Assembly (NCBI GenBank): GCA_051294375.1
Contig: CM119263.1
Coordinates: 23,384,403 to 23,448,402, forward strand
Direction of reading: 5' to 3'
DNA from: Paraspadella gotoi
Lineage: Eukaryota > Animalia > Chaetognatha
Length of the DNA stretch: 64,000 bases
The notes beneath the pieces were generated by a model. That model was not told where the DNA came from. It did no database searches and was given only the letters and a program-made list of their open reading frames with translations. How positions within the stretch are numbered: position 1 is the stretch's first letter; every line of letters begins with the position of its first letter. Positions 51,731 through 64,000 of this stretch are shown piece after piece. A program made the position numbers and the translations under genes.

Positions 51731-51746
51731 GTCTACAACTCTACAT
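51731..51746. other. hAT excision footprint GTCTACA-AC-TCTACAT
   Basis: Both TSD copies are retained, with the two innermost bases (T, G) replaced by their complements (A, C). Confidence 0.65.
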
Positions 51747-52749
51747 TTCTATACGTCCGTCCGTCCGTCTATCTTTCCGTCTTTTCTTCACTCTGTCTCC
51801 CTCCATCACTTTGTCAATAAGCGGTCGAAGAAAATCTCGATCTCAGATTTTGTTTGAGAATCATTCCACTTTTTTTTCCCCGCTGCTTCTAATTTTCTTT
51901 TTCCGTTCTCACCTACGCCTCTCTCAGTCTTCGTCTCTCTCTCTCGATCTCATCTCTCTCTGCCTCTCTCCTCTCTCGTCTGCTCCTGCTCTCTCCTCTC
52001 TCTCTGGCCTCTCTCTCTCGGCGCGTCTCCTCTCTCTCTCTCTCTCTTCTCGCCTTTGAATTTTTATCCCCTTAACGACCCGCGCGGCGCCTATTCACAC
52101 CGCTGGGCCGCCAAAAGATCTCACCCCCTTCCTTCCACCCATCCCCCCCCCAGGTCCCCCCCCCTTTCCATTAGCCATCGGAGACTCGAAAAGAAGAGAG
52201 AAACTCATCGCAAGTAAAAAATTTCTCGTTCGATTTCCAAAAATGGTGAAGAGAATCTAATCCCGCCGCCAGAGTCTCTGTCACTCCGGCTTCCCTTTTT
52301 TTTTTCCCGTTATTTCGCGAACATACGTTCGTCCCTTTCGCGAATTCGTCGATTCCCTTCGTTCGTCATTTTCTTTTTCTTTGTTCCATTTTTCCTCAAT
52401 TGTTTAAAGTTTAATGAGTTTATTTGTTAAAGATTCGCTTTTCTTAGTACAAATGTTTCTTTGTTTATTTGTTCTCTTTTCAGAGTTTTTAACTTTTTGT
52501 ATGTGGGAGTATTTAACTTTCTTAGCTCATTTACTTTTGTGTTTAGACTCTCTTTGACTTCCTCTTACTCTTCTTAATTTTTTATGTGTTTATTTTATTA
52601 GTTTATATATGAACCTAGCTATTTAATTATTATTTGTTAATTTTTCTTTCTTCATTTCTTTCTTCATCTCTCTTGTCTTGTTTGTCGCGATTCAAGACTC
52701 GATCTTCTTCCAGAATTTAATCCCAAAAAGGGAAGGAAAGTCAGATTTC

Positions 52750-52838
52750 GAAGAAGAAGAAGAAGAAGAAGAAGAAGAAGAAGAAGAAGAAGAAGAAGAA
52801 GAAGAAGAAGAAGAAGAAGAAGAAGAAGAAGAAGAAGA
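52750..52838. repeat. (GAA)n trinucleotide microsatellite
   Basis: About 29 perfect GAA units. Degraded equivalents at about 49400-49670 and 58440-58555. Confidence 0.9.
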
Positions 52839-55588
52839 GAAAGGAGATTAAATTATCGCTACCAACAACAATGACATCGACACTCGAGAGTTAAAAGCTA
52901 GAGTCACCGCTAGGAAAATATTTAATCAATACTTTGACGGTCGATGCTTGGTAAACACCACATCCGCTTCATAACTTTTTAGTCATAGATGATGAAGACT
53001 GAAAAAACTAGAGTCGAAACATGTCCGTTTTTTTGGGAATAAAAATCCGTTGTTTGTAAACTTATAAACTTTGTTTTCTCTCTATCTAAAAACGTAACGA
53101 AAAGAAAGTCTTAACACAATGTCTAGTCAATAGTCATAGATACAAAACAAAAGGAAAAAAACCCTAATTACATAGCAAACCTTGTAATGCTAGGTTTTTT
53201 CTACTTTCTACAATTACATATTTGGTTACTATAAAATTTTGTATTGATTTCGCTGAAAAGCTTATAATAAACGACAAAAATGTAACCAGCAAAATAAATG
53301 TAAGCCATCTCCGGTGAAATATCACCGAAATCGGGAGACAAAAAGAAAGGCGAAAATAAAATAAAAAATAAGGCAGAACAAAAAAAAAAAAAAAGACAAG
53401 AAAAAACGACAGCCGAAGCGTAAAAGAGCGAAAGAAGACGTTGAAATAAATCAAGTCGGGGAAATTGATAAAAGAGAGACGAAAATTCCGTCGCTCGTCT
53501 GAGAGAGGAAATAAGGATAAAAAGGAGAGAGAGAGCGCAGAGATGAGAGCGAGCAGATGAGAGAGAGATGAACAGCAGTGAGAGAGAGAGAGGAGAAGAG
53601 AGAGAGAGATGGATTTGGAATGATCGGCGTTGCGTTGTTATTGTTGTTGTTGTTATCGTCCGTAAACGCTAACATTACTTCGTAATATCGCAATTACAAT
53701 AAAATTAAGGTTTATTCTTAGTTTGGTTTCGAAATACACAATTTTCCCGTGAGTCGGAGAGAAAGGTGTTCACCGAGGTGAATAGTAATAATAAAGATAT
53801 TTTATAATTTAAAGAATCACCGGGATTTGAATTCGCCCGGTTGTTAAAATTCACGTGACCTCGTATATTAGCGCCCGTCGTTAATTAGAAGTCTCTTTCA
53901 CATCGTCGTCGTTGTCGTCGTCGTTTTCGTCGTCGTTTTCGTCGTCGTTTTCGTCGTCGTCGTTTTCGTCGTCGTCGTTTTCATCGTCAATTCCTGTCAT
54001 ATTTTGACGGGAAAGATTTCGGAAGTTTAGAAATTACTAACCGACGAATCGAGACGCTAGAAATTTTACGGAGAGACGGATTAACTGATTAAAAGTGAAC
54101 ATTTAATCCCGAATAAAGTACGACTTAATTCGGTGAAGAACGATTCACTCTCTTTCACGCACGGAATGCTTTTCAGTGCGCTGACGATTTTACCGCGAAA
54201 AAAAAACTGAATTTGTGAAACTAATTTGGACAAATATCGATCGGTCGATCGACGGGATGACTAACGAACGGATCGGTCGTTCCCGTCATCCGCAGCAACA
54301 TCTACCTGTCGCTCATCCTTAAAAAAAAGGCATTCATCGTCACAAAAAAGAATCCAAATATGCAAACAAAGAAATTGAACCGAAGAATGGGAGAAGAAGC
54401 AGAGAAAAAAGGGCGAAATAAAAAAGATGATGAAATGAAGAAAAGAAAAAGAGAAACGGAGAGATGGAATGGGAGATGGAAAAAGCATTTGGCGATTTGG
54501 GGGCCAAAATGAAATTCGATATATCAAGGTAAAATATCAATGGAATGGGAAAAGGAAGAGGAGGAGCGGGGTGAGAGAGAAGGAGGAGGAGAAGTGCGAA
54601 GGGAATAAATGGGAAGAGGAAGAGGAGGATGAAAAGATGGAATGGGTGAGGTAGATATATCGAGGTGGGATCAGTGGCAGGTTCGAGAAAAAAAAATACC
54701 ACCATCGATGAAAGTGGAGACTGATCGTAGGGGGTACCGAGAAATAAGAAGGGGGAGGGAGGTGAACGGGGAGGTGAGGTGGTGATACGGGGTGAGTAAG
54801 GTCACCGACGAAAACCCAAATCTTGGCGCCTCAAAATCACCCAGAACATTAGTCTTTTTTTTTTCTTCTTTTCACCCAAAAAAGACGCGAGGAATGAAAA
54901 ATCAGGTGGCGATGAATCGAATTGAGCAATCTTCGAAAAAAAAAACCCGTTCATCTGTTTATTTCATAATATATTTATATTTACGGTTAGAAACGAATTA
55001 CATCCGGGGAAAAAACGAAATTTCGTCAACAATTCGAAGAAATTCTGACGCGAAGATGGAAAACATTTTACAATCATAAATCAGGGCGAAATGAAATTTG
55101 CTTTAAGACTCACAAAGTAAATAAAAAGAAGAGCAAAGGAAAGATAACCCAAAATAGCACATCTCTCTTTCTCTCTTTCTCTCTCTCTCTCTCTCTCCAT
55201 TTTCTTTTTTCCTCTCGCCGTCCGTGGAACCGGGCGTTTGTTCATTTCCCAAATTTTCATTTCCAAGGGCGACCCAAAGTGAAATTGATCTCTCTGTTTT
55301 GAATCTTTCTTTGCAAAGAGAACGGAGAGAGNNNNNNNNNNNNNNNNNNNNNNNNNTGAGAAAGACGAGAGAGAGAGAGAGTAAAGAGAGAGAGGAGAGA
55401 GAGAGAGAGAGAGAGAAGAGAGAGGAGAGAGATCTTCAAAAATTCGTCTTGAAATTTTTTGCCTTCTTTGTCATTCGGCGATTGAAAAAAGAGAACATAT
55501 GCGAAGAGCAATCTTTCATCTCTCTCTCTCTCCTGCTCTGCCTCTGCTCGTCTCTCTCTCTCTCTCTGCCTCGTGCTCCTCTCGCTCT

Positions 55589-55599
<11 letters not shown>

Positions 55600-55625
<26 letters not shown>

Positions 55626-58600
55626 TCTCTTTTGCAAAAAGATTAAAACAGTAGAGGATCAAATTTTCAGCACTTTGGGGTCGCCCTTGAAAATGAAAAT
55701 TTGGGAAATGAAAAGCATAAGCCGGGCCGCGGTTTCGCACGGACGGCGAGAGGAAAAAAGAAAATGGAGGAGAGAGAGGAGAGAGAGAAAAGCAGTAGAA
55801 AGAGAGATGTGGGCTTATTTGGGGTTATGCTTTCCTTTGCTGCTTTTTTTATTTACTTTGTGAGTCTTAAAAGCATTTCATTTCGGGCGCTTGATTTATG
55901 ATTGTAAAGATGTTTTTCCCATCTTCGCGGTCATGAATTTCTTCGAATTGTTGACGAAATTTCGTTTTTTCCCCGGATGTAAATTTCGTTTCTTTAGAGC
56001 GCGTAAATATAAATATAGTTATAAATAACGAATGAAGCGGGGTTTTTTTTTCGAAAGATTGGCTCAATTCGATTCCAATCGCCAGCCTGATTTTTTGCAT
56101 TCCTCGCGTCTTTTTTGGGTGAAGAAAGAAGAAAAAAAAGACTAAGTTCTGGGTGATTTTGAGGCCGGCCAAGATTTGGGTTTTCGTTCGGGTACCTTAC
56201 TTACCGCGCGTATCACCACGTCACCTCCCCGGTTCACGTCCCTCCCCTTCTTATTTCTCGGTACCCGCCTACGATTCAGTCTCCGCTTATCTCATCGTAT
56301 GCGTGGTATTTTTTTTTCTCGAACCTGCCACATGCTCCCACCTGTGCGATATATCTACCTGCACGCCGCATTCCATCTTTTTCGATCCTCCTCTTCCTCT
56401 TCCCATTTATTGCCTTGTCGCACTTCTCGGCTCTCCTTCTCTCTCAACCCCGCTCCTGCCTCTTCCTTTTGCCGTTTCGATTATATTTTACGCTTGATAT
56501 ATCGAATTTCATTTTGGCCCCAAGATCGCCCGAAATGGCTTTTTTTCAGTCTCCCATTCTATCCCGCGTGTCTCTTTTCTTTTCTTCCATTTCATCATGC
56601 TTTTTTATTTCCGCCCTTTTTTCTCTGTCGTTCTTCTCCCCATTCTTCGGTTTCAATTGCTTTGTTTGGCATATTTAGGATTTGCTTTTTTGTGACGAGC
56701 GATGAGGATGCCTTCTTTTTAAGGATGAGCGGACAGATAGATGTGTGCTGCGGATGACGGAAACGACCGATCCTTGTTGTTAGTCATCGCGTCGACTTCG
56801 ACCCGTATCGATATTTGTCACAAATTGAGTTCACAAATTCAGTTGTGTTTTTTTCGCGCGGGTAAGAAATCGTCAGCGCACTGAAGGAGAGGCGATTCCG
56901 GGTCGTTGGTGAAGAGGAGTGTAATCCGTTACTTCACGAATTAAGAAGTAAAATTTCGTACTTTGATTCGGGATTAAATGTTCACTTTTTAATGCAGGTT
57001 AATCCGTCTTCTCCCGGTTAAATTCTCCTAGCGCTCTCCGCGATTTTCGTCGAGTTGAGTAATGTTTCTCAAAGGTCTTTCCTTTTTTTTTTACTCTTTT
57101 TTTGTGTGCTAGCTAATTGCGATCTTGATGAATACTACTGACGACGACGACTTGACGATCGAAAACGATTCGATCGAAAAACGTCACGGAACGACGACGA
57201 GTACATAAAATCGCGACATGACGACTGATGTGAAAGAGAGCTTTCTTAGAATTAACGAACGGGCGCTATATATACCGGAGGTTCTACGTGGAATGTTGGT
57301 TGAGACAGACGAGGGCGAGATTGCAAATCCCCGGTGGATTCTTTTAGAGATTATGAAAATACTCTTTATTATTACATTCTACTCGGTGAACACCTTTCTC
57401 TACTCGACTCACGCGGATAATATTGTGTTTGTCGAAACCTAAACTAAGTAATAAACATTTAATTTTATCTTGTAATTGGCGATATTACGATAGAAGTAAT
57501 TAGCGTGTTTACGGCGATAATGCAACAACATACTGAATAACAACGCAACGCCGATCAATGTCGCAAATCCATCTCTCTCTCTCTTCTCCTCTCGTCTCGT
57601 CGTTCACTGCTGCTTCAGTCTCTTCTCTCAGTCTGTCTCGGCTCTCGTTCTCTCTGCGCTCTCTCGTCTCCTTTTATCCTTTTTCCTCTCTCGTCGGCGA
57701 CGAATTTTCGCTCTCTTTTATCAAATTTCCCCGACTTGAGTTTATTTCAACGTCTTTCTTTTCGCTCTTGTTGCGCTTCGGCTTCGGTTTTTTTCTTGTC
57801 TTTTTTTTTTTTTTTGTTGCTCTTATTTTTTTATTTTATTTTGCGCTTTCTTTTTGTTCTCCGCGATTTCGGTGATATTTCACCGGAGATGGGGCTTAAC
57901 ATTTATTTTGCCTGGTTACATTTTTGTCGTTTATTATATAGCTTGTTCAGCGAAATCATATCAAAATTTTATAGTAAAAACCAAATATGTAATGTGTAGA
58001 AAAAGGTAGAAAAAACCTAGGCATTACAGAGGTTTGCTATGTAATGTAGGGGTTTTTTTCCATTTTTTTTTTTTTTGGTTTTGTATCTATGACTATTGAC
58101 TAGACATTGGTGTAAAGACCCTTTCTTTTCGTTACGTTTTTATGATTAAGTAGAGAAAAACAAAGTTTATAAGTTTGAGGCAAGACAGAGGATTTTTTAT
58201 TCCGCGAAAAAAAACGGACATGTTTCGACTCTTAGTGTTTTTTCAGTCTTCATCATGGCTATGACTAAAAAGTTATGAAAGGCGGATGTGGTGTTTTACG
58301 GCAAGCAAGGGCATGGACCGTCAAAGTATTTGATGTAAAGTATGTTTCCTAGCGGTGACTCTAGGTTTTTTGAAGCTCTCGGAGTGTGCGATGTCCTATT
58401 GTGTGTTGGTGAGGCGATAATTTAATGCGTCCTTTCTCGTTGCTTCTATCTTCTTGCTTCTGTCTTCTTCTTCTTCTACTTTCCTTCTTCTTCCTTTCTT
58501 GTTCTTCTTGCTTCTTGCTTCTTCTTCTTCTTCTTCGTTCTTCTTCCTTCTTCTTGCGAAATGCTGACTTTGCGCGTTGCCTTTTTTGGGATTAAATTTC

Positions 58601-60478
58601 TGGAAGAAGATGCCGAGTGCTTGAATCGCGACACAAAGACAAGAGAGATGAAGAGAAGAAATGAAGAAAGAAAAATTAAGCAAAGTAATAATTAAATAGT
58701 AGGTTCATATATATAACTAATAAAGATTAAACGCAGGCATGAAAAAATAAGAAAGAGTAAGAGGAAGTCAAAGAGAGTCCCTTAGAAAGCACAAAAGTAA
58801 ATGAGCTAGATGAAAGGGTTAAAGTACTACTGTTTCGTCCCACATGACAAAAAGTTAAAGAAACTCTGAAAAAAGAGGACAAATAAACAAGAGAAACATT
58901 TTGTAAACTAGAAAGAAAAGGGCGAATCTTTAAACAAATAAACTCATTAAACTTTAAAACAATTGAGGGAAAAAGAACAAAGAAAAAGAAAATGACGAAC
59001 GAAGGGAATCGACGAAGTTCGCGAAAGGGAACGAAGAAACGTGATGTTCGGCGAAATAACGGGGAAAAAAGGGAAGCCGGAGTGACAGAGAACTCTGGGC
59101 GGCGGGGATTAGATTTCCTTCACTGCATTTGTTGGAAATCGAACGAGTTAAATTTTTATGCGATTGAGTTTCCTCTCCTATTTTTTCGAGTCCCGAGGGC
59201 TGAAAGAAAGGGGGTGGGGGAACCTGGGGAGGGGCGAGGAGGTGGAAAGAAGGGGGGTGGAGATCGTTTGGAAGGGGGGGTGGAATAGGAAATAGAGGGG
59301 TGAGGGGTGGCGAGGGGGTGGAGGGGGAGAGCGGGTAAGGGATAAATGACAAAAAAGTAAGGAAAGGTTCAAAAGGCAGAGGGGAAGAAGGAGAGAGTAG
59401 AGAGAAGGAGAGACGGGAAGGGAGAGGGAGAGAGAGAAAGAGAGAGGAAGAAGGAAGAGAGGAGGGGGAAGAGAAAGAGAGAGAGAAGAGAGAAGAAGAT
59501 GAGGAGAGAAGGAAGAAGAGAGAGGAGAGGGAGAAAACTTGAGAGAGGGCCGGGTAGGGTTTTTTTTTTTTTTTTTTGTTTTTTTTTGAGAGAACGGAAA
59601 AAAGAAATTAGTAAATACTAAATTTTGATGTTGGTTAAAGTAAAAGCTTAAAGATGTTAAAAAAGGAAAAATACTCAGCAAAGAGATAAGGAATAAGATT
59701 AGTTAGAAGAGCGACGAGCAAGCGGGGAAAAAAGTGGAAGATGATTCTCAAACAAAATAGACCTGAGAATCGAGATTTTCTGTTTTTCCCTTTTTCGCGC
59801 CCCCCTCTCACCTCCTCCCTCCTCTTTCTCTTTCCTCCTTTTTTTTTCTTCCCCCAGTTTTCCTTTCTTTTTTTCTTTCCTCCCCTTTTCTGTTTCCTTT
59901 TCTTTCCCTTCCCCCCTTCTTCCCCAGTCACTCCCTACCTTTTCCCCTCTTCTTTTTCTTTTTCCCTTCTTTTTCTTTTTTCTCCTGCTTTTTTTCCCCC
60001 GCTGTGTCTCCCCCTCCCCGCCTTCCTTTCACTCTCCCTTCCCTTTTTCTTTCCTTTTTTTTTGCGTTTTTTTTCTTTGTGTCTCTCTTTTTTTCCCTCC
60101 TTGTCCCCCTATCCCCTTGTTCCGCCCCCCAACTTTTCCCTTTTTTTCCGCCTTTTTTTTCTTTTTTTTTTTGTCTGTTTTCTCCTCTCTTTTTTTTTTC
60201 TTTTTTTTTTCTTTCTCTTCGCCTATCCGTCTTAGCTCTCCACCCTGTTCTCTTTCGCTTTCCTTTTTCTCATCTTTTCGTTTTCATCTTTTTCTGCTTT
60301 TCATTCCTTTTCTTTTTTTCTTTTTTTTCTTCTTTTCGGTTTTTTTTTTTCTTTTTTTTTCTTTTCTTTTTAATTTTTCTTTTTTTTTTCTTTTCTTTTT
60401 TTTTTGATTTTTTTTTTTTTTTTTTTTTTTTTTTCTCCGTCCCTCTTCTTTTGTTTTTTTTTTTTTCCTTTTTTCGTT

Positions 60479-60513
<35 letters not shown>

Positions 60514-62010
60514 TTTTTTTGTTTTTTCTTTTCTTTTTTTTTTTCTTTTCTCCTTTGTTTTTTTTTTTTTTTTTTTTTTTTCTCCCTCTGTTGTCTTCAT
60601 TTTTGTTCCTTTGTTCTCTCTCCTCTCTTTCCGCTGTTCCGCGATTTTCTTTCTCTTTTCTTTTTTCCTTTTCTCTTTTCCTTGTTTTCTTCTTCGTCTG
60701 TCTTCTACCCTCCTCTCTCTTCTCCCTCCTCCTGCTTGCCCCAGTCCTTTTTTGTCTGTTGTCTTTCTCCTTGCCCTGTCTGAGTCGTTCGTCGCCCCGC
60801 CTGTTCTGTCCTCTTTCCTCCTTTTTTTTTCCCTTTTTCTTATCGGTTTTCCGTTGAGATCAGCGGATTTGTTGGGGCAGATGGGTGCTGGGCGTGATTC
60901 TTTTTTAGTGTATCTTCTTTCCTTCCTTTTTCTCTGTTTTTCTTTTGTCTTTTTTGTTTTTTTTCTTGTTTGTGTGTTCTTCGGAGCGAAAAAAACCGTG
61001 CGCGCGCGGTCACCCGCTCTATTGACAGAATATAAGATGATGGAGGGTGGAGGAACAGAGTGAAGAAAAGACGGAAAAGATAGAAAAAATCGGAACCGGA
61101 CGGACGTATAGAAAGTGTTAGACTAGGGTGGAGTGATGAAAAGATTGAGTTGATTGAACATTATTTTTTGTTTTTTTTTTTTTTTTTTTGCTGGGCCATA
61201 TGGACATATTAATGTTAATGAATTTTAAAATCCTTTTAAAATTTTTTTTTTTTTTTAGGCATCAAAACAGTGATAGCAAGCAAATTTATTTTTATGTGTA
61301 GATAGTCCTTATAAAAATCGTCAAATTTGCAAAATAATTTGTTTTTATATTTTTAAGAACGGATTTGGAAGATTCCGTGTAAAAAAATAAGAAAACTTTA
61401 TAAATATGTTATATGATAATTTTATGTTTAGATTTCACACACAAAAAAATGACTAAAAACGTTTTAAACATATATAAGTTTCTACGCTCACAAAAGAGGA
61501 GGAAATAAAAGAAAGTAAGGGAATTTTTCAAAACCTTTTTTCTTATTTTAAACATTGGAGATGACAGAGATTTTTTTGATAAGCATGTTTTTAATACTTT
61601 TTTCATTCAAGCTTTTTATGAAGGATCTGAATCTTTAAATAAAAGTTTTAAAAAAATTATTTTTAAATTTTTACCGATAGTTTATAAGGAAATATTACTA
61701 CAAATTATATTATATTTTTACGCTAAATTGAGTTCTTGGTCCGGAGTAATGCTTCCGAACCAGATATTTTTTTTGTACTAGTTAATTCATACTATGCTTC
61801 ACAAAGCTAAATATCAAATTGTTTCCCGAGTCTTTCAAATAATTTTTTTTTTTGTTTTTTTGTTTTTTTTTTTTTTTTTAGTATGTTTCTTGAGTGCTCC
61901 ACTCTAATGTGACGGATAGACTGAAAAGATGGTGCTCGATTAGCATGCTTGCTGCAATTCTCTATGACACTTTCTAGTCGACACTTAATATAACATAACA
62001 TAACATAGAC
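55600..62010 (-). repeat. inverted, indel-rich copy C of ~51620-55331 (fold-back centred near 55340-55600)
   Basis: 55621 onward is the reverse complement of 55331 backward. The match continues to the TTATG repeat near 62000. Confidence 0.9.
61124..61906. mobile_element. same hAT-type element inside the inverted copy of the locus
   Basis: Ends are TAGGGTGGAG (61124) and CTCCACTCTA (61906), a 10-bp TIR with 1 mismatch. Flanks are noisy reverse complements of GTCTACAT. Confidence 0.75.
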
Positions 62011-63464
62011 ATGCACATATTCTCATCTCTACTTAGAAATGGAAGAGTTTGGTTGATTTTTTGATCTTGCAAATACATTTTAGAAAATAAAAAGAGAGAG
62101 GAAGATTAGAGAGGTTTGGGGAGAGAGTGTGAGAGAAAAAGGGGAGTGAGAATGATTATACCTAGGGATAGAGAATTAAAGAAGATAGGAAAATATTTAG
62201 TTTTTGTGTATGAATTTAAATGTTGTAGAAGAATAATTGAAATACAACTCGAGTAATTTAAAAGAAAAAACTGAGAGACAGAATAAATAAAAAAACAGTT
62301 AATAATTTTTTCCTCAAAAAATCTCTACGAAATGGACAGAGATAAATAAGAGAGAGAGAGAGAGATAAAGACACAAACATAGAGAAGCGGCCTTCTTTAA
62401 AACTCGCGATTTCTGACGGAGAACAAAAGAAAAATTAAAAAGACAGGAACTCGCGAAAAAAAAGGCTAATTAAAGTAAAGAAAAGAGGGTAAAAAATAAA
62501 TTGCGATGGTAAAACAATCAAGATCCGAATTATAACAAGAAAAAAGATTCCCTTCTCTCGGCTCCGATTATTCTTGTGACGGGAGAAAGAAGGAAAAGAT
62601 TGAGAAGAGATGAGATGCAGGAGAGAGACGTCGACGGAAGGAGAGACGACCGGGACGCACGAGAGAGAGAGATAACAGACGAGAGAGAAGCTCATGACTG
62701 AGAGCAGAGAGAGAGATGAGAAGAGAGAGAAAAAAGCGGGAGCCGAAGAAAACATTTGTCTATCCTTCTTTTTAACAAGCGGCCATAAAAAATAGGACAT
62801 AAGTTATCTCAGCTTCGCAAATGGCGCGAATTGGTCGCCGAAATGGGTTTTCAAAGCGACACTGGGGCGATTAGAACGAATTAAAGGGTTTCCGAGGCGG
62901 GAGTTGGGGGGGGTGGGGGTAAGGCTCGAAGGGAAGGAGGAAGAGGGGGAGAGAGGAAAGGTTGTCGTTCAGAGTGGTGCCCTGTCAGGAAATGGGAGTA
63001 GGGCAATAATAGGGAATGTCCAAAATGGAATTGAAAATTTTACTGTCACTGAGCTGCGGTATATTATGGCGTTATCATCTTAGTTCTCTCATTTAATGAA
63101 GCGTCTTGTTTTTTTTTAACTTAAAACAACAGGAAATATCTTGAAAAACGTTAATAACGGAAATAACGGAAATAACGGAAATAACGTTAATCGTGATTTT
63201 TTAAATATTTAAATATTTTCTTTGTAAGAGCATTTATGTACTTTTTAAATTTGCATGGAGAATTTTTGTTTCGTTTTAATTTTTTGACTTTGATTTTTCT
63301 TTATGTACCTAGATTTTGTGGAATTTAGCGTACTGCTGTCTTTCTTTTATCTTATTATATTATTTATTCACTTATTTATATCTTAGTCGGCATTGTTGTT
63401 ATATACTTGTATAAAACTTAATATATGAAATTTCGCTTTCTTTGCCACCCGTCTCATGTATATT

Positions 63465-63593
<129 letters not shown>

Positions 63594-63941
63594 CTCAGCC
63601 CAGGCTCGAAATTCGTTTCTTGTATGAGGATGAAGTTACGAATTGTTAATTAAGGAAGAATTTCTTCTTTCGGTTAGAATGAATTCCATTAATGCTTCGC
63701 GATCAAAATTAATTGTTCCTCGAATTGCGAGGACCGTTGCGGTTACGCCGGTTGGTTGGGTGGGGACTTGGGAGGTGGTTGAGTGGTTTTAGATGGTAAG
63801 GCTTTGCCCAATAGGGAAAGGGAAGTCGCAGGGTAGGCAATCTGAGGCTCTCTTGAGCTGCCGTGTCGAGTGTTGAGTGTAAAACAAGCTTAGTGTAAAA
63901 TAATATTAAAGTTCTATGTCTTTATGTAAGGATTTTAAATA

Positions 63942-64000
63942 CAGTTGTCGGCCGGAAGAATCTGTCACTCTTTCCAGTTGTCGGCCGGAAGAATCTGTCA
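63942..64000. repeat. start of a 33-bp tandem repeat CAGTTGTCGGCCGGAAGAATCTGTCACTCTTTC running off the window
   Basis: One full unit (63942-63974) and a second, identical partial unit (63975-64000). Confidence 0.7.

Larger units (their letters stand above)
47465..54450. repeat. direct near-duplication: copy A 47465-51488 and copy B 51514-54450, separated by 25 N
   Basis: Collinear shared landmarks, e.g. gaagtgaaagtggga at about 47501 and 51542, and gtcgaaacatgtccgttt at about 49853 and 53013. Confidence 0.9.

Noticed and set aside
55500-55620. Missed SMRTbell adapter at the fold-back centre
   Set aside because: Only CT-repeat sequence is visible, and the adapter's CCTCCTCCGTTGTTGTTG core is not recognisable.

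Overview
Eukaryotic (animal, arthropod-like) genomic DNA, rich in (AG)n/(CGA)n microsatellites, with many N gaps. The only gene I can support is a minus-strand, multi-exon cut/CUX-class homeobox gene. Five clean GT-AG exons (3181-3267, 2559-2748, 2157-2404, 740-1981, 396-568) join in frame and encode the end of the CUX1/CASP-type coiled coil, CUT repeat 1 and the first half of CUT repeat 2. Probable upstream exons reach about 21.2 kb. Much of the window is unpolished long-read gap fill: indel-rich near-duplicates (1-4333 vs 6293-10888; 47465-51488 vs 51514-54450; inverted copy 55600-62010), five gaps of exactly 25 N, and SMRTbell-adapter-like ends. Three signals stand out. (1) A non-autonomous hAT-type element is present in two copies of a locus, while a third copy carries a canonical hairpin-type excision footprint. 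(2) A ~95-bp inverted intronic match abuts the 5' splice site inside CUT1. (3) A dense cluster of CUT-type ATCRAT motifs lies in or just upstream of the cut gene. I found no prokaryotic systems, and most ORF-track entries are microsatellite or gap artefacts.
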